Shown here in pieces: positions 35,260 to 45,904 of a DNA stretch of 64,000 nucleotides (positions within the stretch are counted from its first letter, which is position 1; every line of letters starts with the position of its first letter). The notes under the pieces are model-generated. The model had not been told where the DNA came from and ran no database searches. It was given only the letters and a program-made list of their open reading frames with translations. Position numbers and translations under genes: made by a program. The DNA is from Eledone cirrhosa (Eukaryota): positions 37,510,001-37,574,000 of the forward strand of contig OZ024742.1 of the NCBI GenBank assembly GCA_964016885.1. Direction: 5' to 3'.

Positions 35260-36300
35260 GGTAAACAGAAATACCAACACAATCGGTACAGTATATGGAA
35301 GGTATATATTAGGTTAACGCTTGATATAGCAGGAAGAGGGTCTTAACGTTTCGGACACTAGTCCTTCATCAGAAAAAAGAATGAGAAATAAAATAGATTG
35401 AGGGGACGGGCGGGATGGAATTTGAAAAAAGGTCTTTAGATAAAAATAACAGGTCCATTCATGTTGACATGGTGCGCGAGGCCTGTGATCCATGATGTAA
35501 AAAGACACCCAGGTCTGAAACATGTAGGGAAGAATGACCAGGAGAACAGAAATGACGGGCGACAGGAATATACAAACTGAGTCATATGTCCCTCAAATGT
35601 TCGGCAAAACGGTCTGCCAGTCTGCCATACGGCGTCCCATTTGTCCGATATATAAAGACCCACAAAGGGAACACCGGAGGGCATAGACAACGTGAGTGGA
35701 TGTGCAGGTGAAGGAATGGCGGATACGGAAAGACCCATTAGGGCCTGTAAGAGTGGTGAGGGTGGAAATAAAGGGACAAGTGTTGCAGCAGGAACGGGAA
35801 CAAGGATGAGAGCCGGGTGGAGTTGTGGGAGACGACGAAAAAGAACTGCGAACTAGGAGGTCGCAGAGGTTTCGGGCGCGCTTAAAAGCAGTAATGGGTG
35901 AGTTTGGAAAAAAGCGAGAAGTGACGGGGTCAGAAGAGAGGATACGGAAGGAACGGAGGATAGGTAGGATGATGGGGTGGTAGGTGAGCGGGAAAGGAAC
36001 ACGGGTGTTAGAAGGGCGGGGTTGAGGTGAGAGGGCTGTGGTGCAGTCTGTTTCACGGGCGTGGGTGACAGCAGTTTAGATCAAGGTGGGAGGATATCCA
36101 TGCTGGATGAAGCAGGAAGCAATGCAAAGGGAATGGGCTTTGAAATCGTTGTCCTGGCTACAGAGTCGACGAAGACGGAGGAATTGGAAATAGGCTATGG
36201 AGTGTTTGGTGTGGGTTGGATGGGAGGATGTGAAGTCGAGATAAGATTGGGAGTCTGTTGGTTTAATGTAGGTGGAAGTAGAGAGGGTGTGGTGAGAGTG
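35260..36300 (-). mobile_element. Penelope-like element (Neptune-type): RT thumb, Cys linker, GIY-YIG endonuclease, terminal repeat
   Basis: Hand translation of the minus strand: RLRRLCS..FIQHGYP, CSRSCCNTCP, FTCTSTHVVYALRCSLCGSLYIGQMGRR..RFAEHLRDI, PVARHF. Confidence 0.85.
35341..35378 (-). ncRNA. Minimal type I hammerhead ribozyme
   Basis: Minus strand TTTT-CTGATGA-A-GGAC-TAGT-GTCC-GAAA-CGTT-AAGA: intact core, 4-bp stem II, palindromic ACGT stem III, located in a Penelope terminal repeat. Confidence 0.75.
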
Positions 36301-36477
36301 ATTAATATATATATATAAAAGTCAATAACTGAAAAGGTTTGAAGCAATGAGTGTATATGAATTTTCGTAAAATTGTAGTATTCTCAATGCAAAGAGTAGC
36401 TGAATACTATCATGATCATCATTATCATCACTGTTTACATCAATTTTTCCATGCTAGCATAGGTTAGACTATATATA

Positions 36478-37024
36478 TAGTAAAAAGTCAGGTTAAGATA
36501 TAACCTCATATTGAATGGAGAGGGTGAGAGAAAGGAAGAGAGTCTAAAGCATGAGATGAGAAAATGAGAGGGGTATAGAGAGAGAGAAAAGAAGAGAAGA
36601 GAAATACAGGAATGAGATCGATGGAGAAGAGCTTTTGGAGAATTAAAGTGTCCCACTGCTCTCCTGTTTCCCAATTCCAACATCAGAACTACAGAAATTT
36701 AGGTTCTGTTGTGTGGTCTAGACTTATATACGTAGTCCTTTTTCTCTCGCAAGAAACTATGTTGGTCTAGAAGAAAGCTGATGATTCATATGATGCTAAA
36801 GTTCTATTTTTTTTTTCCTGTTAGTTTACTTTCTCCATTATTTTTATCCTTTTCGCAATTCTCCAAAAGCTCTGCTCCATCGATCTCATTCCTGTATTTC
36901 TCTTCTCCTCTTCTCTCCCTCTATAACCCTCTCATTTCTTATTTCATGCTTTAGACTCTCTTTCTTCCTTTCTTTTCCGCTCTCTGTTTAATATGAGGTT
37001 GTATCTTAACCTGACTTTTTACTA
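36478..37024. mobile_element. MITE with ~165-bp inverted repeats (TA-flanked, possibly Tc1/mariner type)
   Basis: 36478-36644 is the reverse complement of 36857-37024 (TAGTAAAAAGTCAGGTTAAGAT.. / ..ATCTTAACCTGACTTTTTACTA). Confidence 0.8.
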
Positions 37025-37734
37025 TACATATAGCATCCAGCTGTTTACGGCTACCCTTCGTTTTGAGAATGATATAATTTTATGAAAATTCATATATATA
37101 TGTTTGGGTTTCTAAACACGAGGAAAAAGCAATCAATATCATAGAGAATATTATAAATTTATATTAGAGTTTTGCAGATACCTGCATGAAATTTAGAGTT
37201 GCAACAGGTAGTAATTTCAGTAATATAATAAATATATACATTTCCTTTAAAATTAAATAAAACATGTTGAATATCAATTAGTGCTGTACTTTATATAATG
37301 GAATTTTGAAATGTTCTATAAATCCTACTTCTGTTGACACCAATCAATTAGGTTTTCTGTTTAAAGCTTTGGATGACATTCCCCAAAAAATAAAATAAAC
37401 GGTAAAGGAGCCTATTGTCAGATTAAACCATGAAAACTATGTTTCTTCCTTTGGTCTTTCTATTGCTGAGAGGAGAAACTGAAATTTAAACTGAGAATGA
37501 ACAGAACCAGATCAGATATCACAAAGCACCTTATTTGTCTAGCAACTCCACCAATTCACCACAACCTGAACTGATACTCTATTTATTGTCCCTGAAATTA
37601 TGAAAGGCAAAGTTCATGTTCATAAAATTTGAACTCAGAGTGCAGGAAGCTTGAACAGATACTGAGGCATTTAATCCAATGCTCTAGCAACTTTGCCAAG
37701 TCACTGAATATTTTTATAACTTGGGAGGTTGGAT

Positions 37735-38640
37735 ATTTTTTGTTCATCATAGTTCATCAGGCCATAAGAGGGGAGTTTAAAATGAGCTGCCCATGGGTAC
37801 TTCTCTATGCAGATGATTTTGTCCTTATAGCTGAAACCCCCCAAAAAAGAGCTAGAAATTAAATTCTGATTATAGAAACTGAATTTGGAATCAAAAGGTC
37901 TGAGAGTAAATTTATCAAAAGCTAAAGTGCTAGGGAGTAGGAGAGAAGATATGACACAGATTCCCCCAGGGAAGTGGAAATGCTCAATATGCAGAAAAGG
38001 AGTAGGCATAAACTCCATACAATGTACACATTGTAAATCTTGGGTGCACAAAATGTGTAGTGGGATAACATGCAGACTAACAGGAAGGGAGAACTTTGCT
38101 TGTAGAAGATGCACAGGAGAAATCAAGAGGAAGAGCACTAATGATATAAACCTTTTCCAGTCACAGGAAGTATCCATAGACGGGGTTGATAGCTTCTGTT
38201 ATCTAGGTGACCTAATTAGCAGAGGAGGAGGGTGTGCTGAGAGTATAATAGCTAGAATAAGGATAGGATAGAAGAAATTTAGAGAATTGCTCCCACTGCT
38301 AACAACAAAAGGTTTCTCCCTACATACAACAGGAAAGCTGTGTGTAGTGCACGATAGTGCATGGTAATGAAACATGGGCTGTGACTGCAGAAGACATGTG
38401 TAGACTGGAGAGAAATGAAGTTGGATGTGCAATGTAAATGTGAGAGAAAGGCAGAGCTTGGACGAGCTGAGGGAGAAGCTGGATTTAAAGTGAATCCAAG
38501 ATGGTATGCAGGAGAGAAGACTGCATTGGTTTGGACATGTGATGCACATGGAAAATGACCAATGGGTGAAGAAATCCCAGTGGAAGGAAGCCACAATAGA
38601 GAAAGACCAAGAAATACCTGGTCAGAGGTTGTGAGTAGTT
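37735..38640 (+). mobile_element. RTE LINE fragment (RT C-terminal half with Cys-rich insert)
   Basis: LLYADDFVL, GLRVNLSKAK, CSICRKGVGINSIQCTHCKSWVHKMC, FCYLGD. Confidence 0.88.
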
Positions 38641-38889
38641 CCTGAAAGTAGGTTCATTTTAACTTTATCAATTTGAATCATTTAACATTCAAAATATTTA
38701 GATGTTATATTTTGCTGTTATCAATACCTCAAAAGGATGAAAAGCTAAGTGACCATAGCAGAATTTGAACACAAAGCACCTAGAGCCCAGAACAACTAAC
38801 TCTGCTAAATTGATCAAAGAAAGTATATAAGGAACTGGACATTAATGATAATGTCATATTTTCAAGTCAGTTCATTATAACATCAATAT

Positions 38890-39090
38890 CTTCATCTTAT
38901 ATTGATAATAGGCCATACCACTGATATATGTGGCAATATATTCAACCATACCACTATGATATCTGTGCTAAAACATCCCTTTACAAATAACTAACTATTC
39001 ATACCACTGTTATATCTGTGAAACAGTCACTGTGAAATTTGTACCAAAATATTTACACCAAATAGTTATTTAACAGTGCACATAAAAAGA
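38890..39090 (+). pseudogene. Decayed C2H2 zinc-finger remnant
   Basis: Several CCATACCACTGTGATATCTGTG-like (PYHCDIC) units with indels; homologous to 44890-45100. Confidence 0.65.
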
Positions 39091-39294
39091 GAAAAAGGTG
39101 CAGAGAAAAAGGCACTCAGTCCCAGCCAATTCCATGAAAGATGGGTGAAAGTAGCAATAATGGCCCGTGTAAGTGGGCCATCTCTCTATATCGGCTTGTA
39201 CAGGTAAGAGAAGAAGGGAGCACCCCCCTCTCTCTGTGCTCCCTGGCAGAAAGGTCGCACACTTTCTACGGGTGTGTGTGTGACCCCAAACAGC

Positions 39295-39519
39295 TAATAA
39301 ATCGCAAAAAAAAAAAAAAAAAAAAAAAAAAGGGGCAAATAAAGAAATCTATGCCCCAGTGGCAAATAAATCGCAAAAAAAAAATAATAATAAATTTATA
39401 TTTCTTTTAACGGCTAAAAAAAGGGGGAATGTAAATTTGTTGGAATAGCCTCCTACATTGAAGTAAGCAGCAACTGCAGCAAGTAAGCGGCATTTATACA
39501 GCTAAAATTGGATATCGCC
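39295..39519 (+). mobile_element. Merlin right-TIR fragment
   Basis: Matches 2570-2796, ending AAAATTGGATATCGCC. Confidence 0.85.
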
Positions 39520-39850
39520 GAGAGGAATTTCGTAGTCAGCTGCCCGACTCCCCGCAAATGTCTCGAAAGTCACATGCTGAAAAATGTAGCTGGCCGACAG
39601 ATCACAGTATTTGATTGTCTTACTCCGCTCGGCTGCGGAAGCTGTGACTTTCGTCCTAACTGCAGCATCCAGGATGTGGGAAGAAGCAAAAGAGTCACTA
39701 ACAGTGACGTCCCAGACGAGGCACCTGCCTCTCAACCAGGAGCAGAGGGTAAAGCCGTCAGGTCTTTTGCTGTCACTTCTGGACAACCTAGATGGTTTTA
39801 AGATTGAGGGGATGTTCGCTCGGACGAAAGCTCTCATGAGAATGGGACGC
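39520..39850 (-). mobile_element. CRE-like retrotransposon fragment (restriction-like endonuclease region)
   Basis: RSDSKRPDGFTL..W.RGRCLVWDVTV..K..KY..FETF. Confidence 0.8.
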
Positions 39851-41239
39851 ATAACCCGGAAACGAAGTGTAGTTATTTTACTAAACTCCTCCAAATCCTT
39901 GATTATTTAAAAATTATAGGATATGTGTTTTATGAGAAATATGGTAACGCAAGGGTTAAAACGACCCATTATAATCTTATGTAAGAACCTGTATGAATTA
40001 TGCTCTAAACACCCACTTAATAATATTTTCTGATTTAGGCACTAGGCCAACAATTTTCGGGGAAGGGAAAAGTCGATTAAATCAACCCAAGTGCGTTACT
40101 GGTACTCCAAACTCATAGTTAGTAGTGGTTGTTACGGGACATTTTCTGCTAGAGCTAAAAGAGTTCTACTTCCGTTAGGAGTAAAGTAGTGATGATATTT
40201 ATTAATTTACTTCTTTAATTAAGATATAAATGAATTTCTTTCATTCTGGATTAACTAAAACCTTACTAATTTGCGAGATATGCACGCATATCGCTGTAAA
40301 GTTACCATTAATGCTTGTTATTAACAGTAGTTGATGGACATCACAAATCTTGTGAGAGTAATCAGTTATTTTAGAGTTATTCCCTCCTGATATTATTAAA
40401 AACCTACCAAAATAGATTCTCTTCATCTATTCTTTTTAGCACAACTTTATAATTTCTCATTGTTTCAATGGTACATTACAGACATTGAACATAGAGACAT
40501 ACCATTGTCGGTTCCTTTAGGCTTTTTATTTGAAGAAAGTGTATCGTAAACGTATTATATTTACATCTGTCACTTTCTCTATTGAACTGTAGGACTGCTT
40601 TAAAACATTTCATATATTTCAAATTGAGACTACATTTTCATGTAAGTATGACTATATGAGATACATCTGTTAAATTGAAGTGTTGCAAAATATATGGGAT
40701 ATATCTGTATTTTATCATTGGTTGCTAAGTTATATCTCTGATTGTTTTATGATCGTAAAAGTTTCCAATCTATCAAGTATGGTTTATAGATTGGTGGTTG
40801 AAAGATCAGCCTTCACTGGAGACCTTCTTCCGGTAATCCTCGGTTTTAAGATCACAGGCAATTTCTAATCTTCGTAAATGTTTTTCTCTGTTGATCTAAA
40901 TGGTTTATCAACACAAACAACATTCGTGCAATTTTTAAAATGTGCCAGACACTGCTACACTTCAATGTAATTTCTATCCATTTTTTTATATTAAATGACT
41001 CGATTTAATCATTTCCTTTCATAATAAATCATTCGGACGTTGTCATTGTATAGCTAATTAAGGTATCGTTCTTTTCCTTAGGAAGAGGCTGTGTAGCCGG
41101 TAAAAGTGTCAGACACCCTGTGTTGCGGCCAGAGTTAAGACAATTTGAAATCTTTTCCGCCATCAATTGTTAAAAAACGTTAAAATCATTTAGTCGTCCA
41201 TTCGTAAGGTACCTTGCCCTTTATTTACACACACATCTA

Positions 41240-41550
41240 AAAATAATAATAATAAAATGATTGTGTAAAGTGCTCAGGTGCACTACAACTCGTCAAAGGT
41301 GTATGTATAGTACATAGAATAATACACAAATGTCAGGGAAGTGAATAGCGTATGAGTCATGGTATGTATGTGTGTGGAGGGGGATCATTAGGTGTAGTGT
41401 TGGCGGATCTCGGGAAGCATGGAGGCCTTAAAGGATACAGTGTCTCCACAGCTAATAACTGATGCAGGTAGTTTGTTCCATGCTTCAGCAACTCTGAGCG
41501 TGAAAAAATGTTTCCGAAAGTCATGGGAACTGTGCTGTTTTCTGACTTTT
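41240..41550 (-). mobile_element. CR1/L2-group 3' fragment private to duplication copy 1
   Basis: (AAT)n tail, TCTA on both sides, empty site at ~51912 in copy 2. Confidence 0.85.
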
Positions 41551-42552
41551 TCTACATGTAAATACATAAACAGATAAGCAATAGAAGGGAGGGGCCAGTG
41601 AAACGTTATAGCGAGGAGTGTTGCGTCGCTTTTGGGTTTACCGGCTAATTAGCCTTTTCATTTCATTTACGACTAATGCCAAATGTGACTGACAACTGTT
41701 GTCATTTTTACTTACGGAAAATTACCAGAAGTCTCTGTAATCTGAAAACGAAGGATTACTTTCATTTGGCATCATTCGGCTTTTTTCGGAGTATTACGAT
41801 TGTAAACGCAGCAGTTTACCTTGTTCTTGTTTGTGTAAGTATATCACTTGGCACAAAATAGATCCTGGAGATACCAACTTGAATTAAACACGCTGTATGC
41901 TAACTTAAAACAAAAATATTATTTGATTGTCTGGCTCAAAATGATATGACGCTATCAGATTTGATGCATATTCCCCACAATTCTAATGCGGATACATGTT
42001 TGGCTAGTTGATTGTTCAACTAACTCCTTAAACGATAGTTGTAAATCCCCTATATCCCATTCAGTTTCTGATTTTAACACACACACACAAACACATATAA
42101 ACATGCATATAAAAAATTCAAGCCTCAAATACACAATTTGATATTCAAACCCTTCTTATGGAAAGTTCATTTTGATATTCTATACAGTTTATATTCTATA
42201 CATTTTAAATACTTATATAATTAATAAATTTTATATCACACTCTCTGTTTTAATACTTTTCCACCTTCTCATAAGTAACTTCCATGGTGATATTTCATTG
42301 TTGCTTATCTTTGATAGTCTTTTTATTTCAGATTATCTTGAGACAGGAACTTCTGGCCTAACATAGAGCAACAAATTTTGTCATTTTAAAAACTAAACAA
42401 TGACATTATTAAGAATACATGTGGCACTGTTTATCTAACTGTGATTCGATTACTGGAAAATATTTGATTGAATTTACAATTGTTAACAGTTTGGTTGGAT
42501 AGTGATGTTGAAACTAGATAAAATTTAACATTACACTGGAAGTCTTTGATGT

Positions 42553-43770
42553 ATGCTTGTTTTTGGAATATTAGCAATAGAGGAAATGATGACAGAGAAA
42601 CAGTGTGGAATTAAGGTTGAAGGTGGAAAATACTCACAGAATACTGATCTCTCTAATGAAAGACATTTAAATAAAAGGAAGAAATTAGATCTGCTTGATA
42701 ACTCTGCTAAAACATTGAGACAAAGTAGGAAGGTCATTGAACAGAAATTACTTCACACAAGTTCACTGCTTTATCGTTGTGATATTTGTGGTGAAAAGTT
42801 CAGGCTTAAAAGTTTTTTATCCATACACAAACGTACTCACACAGGTGAGAAACCATACCGGTGTAATGTCTGCAGTGAAACATTCTCTGAGAGAGGACAA
42901 TTAAGTAGTCATAAAAGTATTCATTCAAGTGAGAAACGACTCCAGTGTAACACCTGTGGTAAAGCATTCTCAATGAGTCATCGGTTAAATATTCACAAAC
43001 GTATACACACAGAAGAGAAACCATACCACTGTGATATCTGTGGTAAAGCTTTCTCACAGAAAGACGGTATGCTTGTGCATAAACGCATCCACACTGGTGA
43101 AAAACCATACCATTGTGATGTCTGTGGTAAAGATTTTGCTTATCATAGTAGTTTAACTTATCACATACGTGTTCATACTGGAGAAAAACCTTATCATTGC
43201 GAGATCTGTGATAAAGATTTTGCTCATCGTAGTAGTTTAACCTATCATGTACGTATTCACACTGGGGAAAAACCTTATCATTGTGATATCTGTGGTAAAA
43301 CATTCTTACACAAAGGTAGTATGTTTGATCATAACCGTATTCACACAGGTGAAAAACCGTATTGTTGCGATATCTGTAACAAAACTTTTTCTCAGAGTAC
43401 TACATTAACTAATCACAGAGCTATTCACACAAATGAGAAACCTTATCAATGTGATATCTGTGATAAAAGTTTCACTCGGAGTAATAGCGTTACAATTCAC
43501 AGACGTATTCACACAGGTGAAAAGCCATATCACTGTGATATCTGTGATAAAACCTTCACTCAGAGTGGCAGTTTAATATCTCACAGACGTTTTCATACTA
43601 GTGAGAAATCATACCACTGCGATATCTGTGGTAAAACTTTCACTCGGAGTAATAGTGTTACTATTCACAAACGTATTCATACTGGTGAAAAGCCATATCA
43701 CTGTGATATCTGTGATAAAACTTTCACTCAGAGTGGTAGTTTAATTTCTCACAAACATTCACACAAATGA
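42553..43770 (+). CDS. Tandem C2H2 zinc-finger protein (ZNF-B), 12 fingers
   Basis: Intact 405-aa ORF; ~73-aa N-terminus with a basic KRKKL patch, then 12 C2H2 units; splice acceptor ending at 42331, candidate donors at 40642 and 41835. Confidence 0.93.
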   Translation: MLVFGILAIEEMMTEKQCGIKVEGGKYSQNTDLSNERHLNKRKKLDLLDNSAKTLRQSRKVIEQKLLHTSSLLYRCDICGEKFRLKSFLSIHKRTHTGEKPYRCNVCSETFSERGQLSSHKSIHSSEKRLQCNTCGKAFSMSHRLNIHKRIHTEEKPYHCDICGKAFSQKDGMLVHKRIHTGEKPYHCDVCGKDFAYHSSLTYHIRVHTGEKPYHCEICDKDFAHRSSLTYHVRIHTGEKPYHCDICGKTFLHKGSMFDHNRIHTGEKPYCCDICNKTFSQSTTLTNHRAIHTNEKPYQCDICDKSFTRSNSVTIHRRIHTGEKPYHCDICDKTFTQSGSLISHRRFHTSEKSYHCDICGKTFTRSNSVTIHKRIHTGEKPYHCDICDKTFTQSGSLISHKHSHK

Positions 43771-43829
43771 GTACTGATGCAGTAGAACTTAAATCATAAA
43801 CATCCACATTGATCAGAAAGTATAGTTGT

Positions 43830-44250
43830 CTGTAAGTCATCCATAGTATGGCAGTATATGGATAACTGTGGGGCTAGGCATGACAGTGAATGTAGAGGAT
43901 ATGTGAAAGCTGGAACAAATTGAGCATGTTTCACTGAATGTGTAATGCTAATGTGCATGAATGATGAAACAAGCTGAGAAATAAAAAACTAGGCAATATG
44001 AAGCATGCAGGAAAGAAGACTATGCTGGTACAAACATGTAATGCATATGGATGATTGTTTGGTGAAGAAGTTTCAAGTGGTAGGAAGTTATGGAAAAAAA
44101 AGACCAAGAAAGACATGGAGCTGATGAAATCTGACCTCAAGAAATTACACCTCACAAAGAAGAAGCAAGTGGAGAGTTGATGTACTTGAAAGGACTTGTC
44201 TAACCCATGCAAGCATGGAAAAATGAACATAAAAACAATGATGATGAATG
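43830..44250 (+). mobile_element. Decayed RTE 3' end in the probable ZNF-B 3' UTR
   Basis: AGAAGACTATGCTGGTAC.., AGACCAAGAAAGACATGG and CCCATGCAAGCATGGAAAAATG..ATGATGATG tail; duplicated at 53670-54090. Confidence 0.75.
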
Positions 44251-44861
44251 TTAATGTGGCAACACTATTCTACCTAATCTCTGTCTGTCATATCTTTTAT
44301 TTGTTGTACTCAGTACTCAAGTTTGTTATATTCTTTATATTCTGGGTACACTGAGAAATGAAATAAATGAGTGAACAATATCAAATCTATCTATAGTAAA
44401 TTTTATAGGAGACTTAAACCTCCTGTTTCTGGTTGTAAGGAAAATATCACTCAACACATTGAGAAAATAAACTATTTTATAATGGATCAGTTTGCAAATA
44501 TTTGCAAAAATCAGTTGTACCGTTAATTTGAATACATGTAAACATAGAGAGACATTATAAAGTAGCCTGTAAGCATAGTTGGTCATTGAAAAGCGTACTA
44601 TAAACATAGCCAATGTCGTGTCAGCATAACTGATCATTGTAAAATGTATTGTAAACATAGTCAAACATTGCGAAGGGGAAGGAATAAACCCAAGACTCAT
44701 CGATATGAATAACCTGATTCTAGAATCTTTTGTTTTCCATGAGTTAAAATAACAACAATTAATAACTTCAAGTTTAAAAACAGAAGTGGTCTGAAGAAAC
44801 TCTGTTTAGAGGTGGAGTTATGTATATTTGTATGCGTTTGTACTGTGCATTTTTCTTTCAG

Positions 44862-45100
44862 GATTATCTTTAAAGATTCTCACAAAATGGCTATACCACT
44901 GTTCACAAACTTTTTCACACTTGTAAGAAACCGGATCACTGTGATGTCATATTCATACCACTGTGATATCTGTGGAACATAGTCACTCAGGTAATAAAGA
45001 ATACTACTGTGATATTTGTACCAAAATATTCATACCAAACCACTGTGATGTCAGTGCTAAAACAATTTCTTATAGAAAGGTATTAACAGTGCACATACAA
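44862..45100 (+). pseudogene. Decayed C2H2 zinc-finger remnant with ZNF-type splice acceptor
   Basis: TTTCAG|GATTATCT acceptor followed by broken YHCDIC and EYYCDICTKIF units. Confidence 0.65.
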
Positions 45101-45904
45101 GTATGGTTGAGTGGTTACGGAATTTGTTTTGCAAGCACATGGTTTTGAGTTCATTCCCACTGTGTGCCACCTTGGGCAAGTGTCCTATGGAATCTAAGTT
45201 AGTGCTACTGCTAATATAAATACATGTATATATTAGTGACACACAACATTTCATGGAACATATACACGTACACAAGGTCTGAACACAAAAGAACAAAACT
45301 TCCACTGTCACTGCCTCTGTTTTTCCCTGTTTTCCCCACTTCACACTATTATGAGCAAATGGGGGCCCACACGCTGGCCACTCCACAGCCTCAGCAGACA
45401 GAATGGAGAAGGCATTTCTCCGGAGGATGGTGAGGGAGACGCGCTGTGCCTTGGTTTGACTAATGCCTTAAGAGTAAAATTTGTTTGATGGAAACCGGAA
45501 GCCCATAATGTGTGCATGTGTACATTAATATTTTATAAAATGGGTTTCCAACATAATTTTATACAAGAATTATATATTAAATTATTAGCTTGGTGAAGAA
45601 ATATTTAATAATTTTCAATAAATCCCTCGATATTCTTCATTTAAAAAGTAATATACATATATATAAAATATTTGTTTTTCTAAATTAATTGAAATAGAGT
45701 ATTCATCGTCAGAGCAAGAAATGTTGAAAACTAGGTTTGTCAGCTTACCACATTGTAAGCTAAAATTATTTTATTTGAGAGAATGGGACTCATAAGAAGT
45801 GTAGTTATTTTACTAAACTCCTCCAAATCCTTAATTATTTAAAAATTATAGGATATGTTTTATGAGAAATATGGTAACACAAGAGTTAAAGTGTTTATAT
45901 TTAT

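Larger units (their letters stand above)
39863..44790 (+). repeat. Tandem segmental duplication, copy 1 (contains ZNF-B)
   Basis: Near-identical to 45797-45890 plus 49346-56660 once private TE insertions are removed; begins with a piggyBac-like MITE end (..GTAACGCAAGGGTTAA). Confidence 0.93.

Noticed and set aside
42553-42770. KRAB, SCAN, BTB or ZAD domain at the ZNF-B N-terminus
   Set aside because: No matching motif is visible; only a basic patch.
42806-43303. Repetitive 165-aa minus-strand ORF
   Set aside because: Antisense reading of the zinc-finger repeats.
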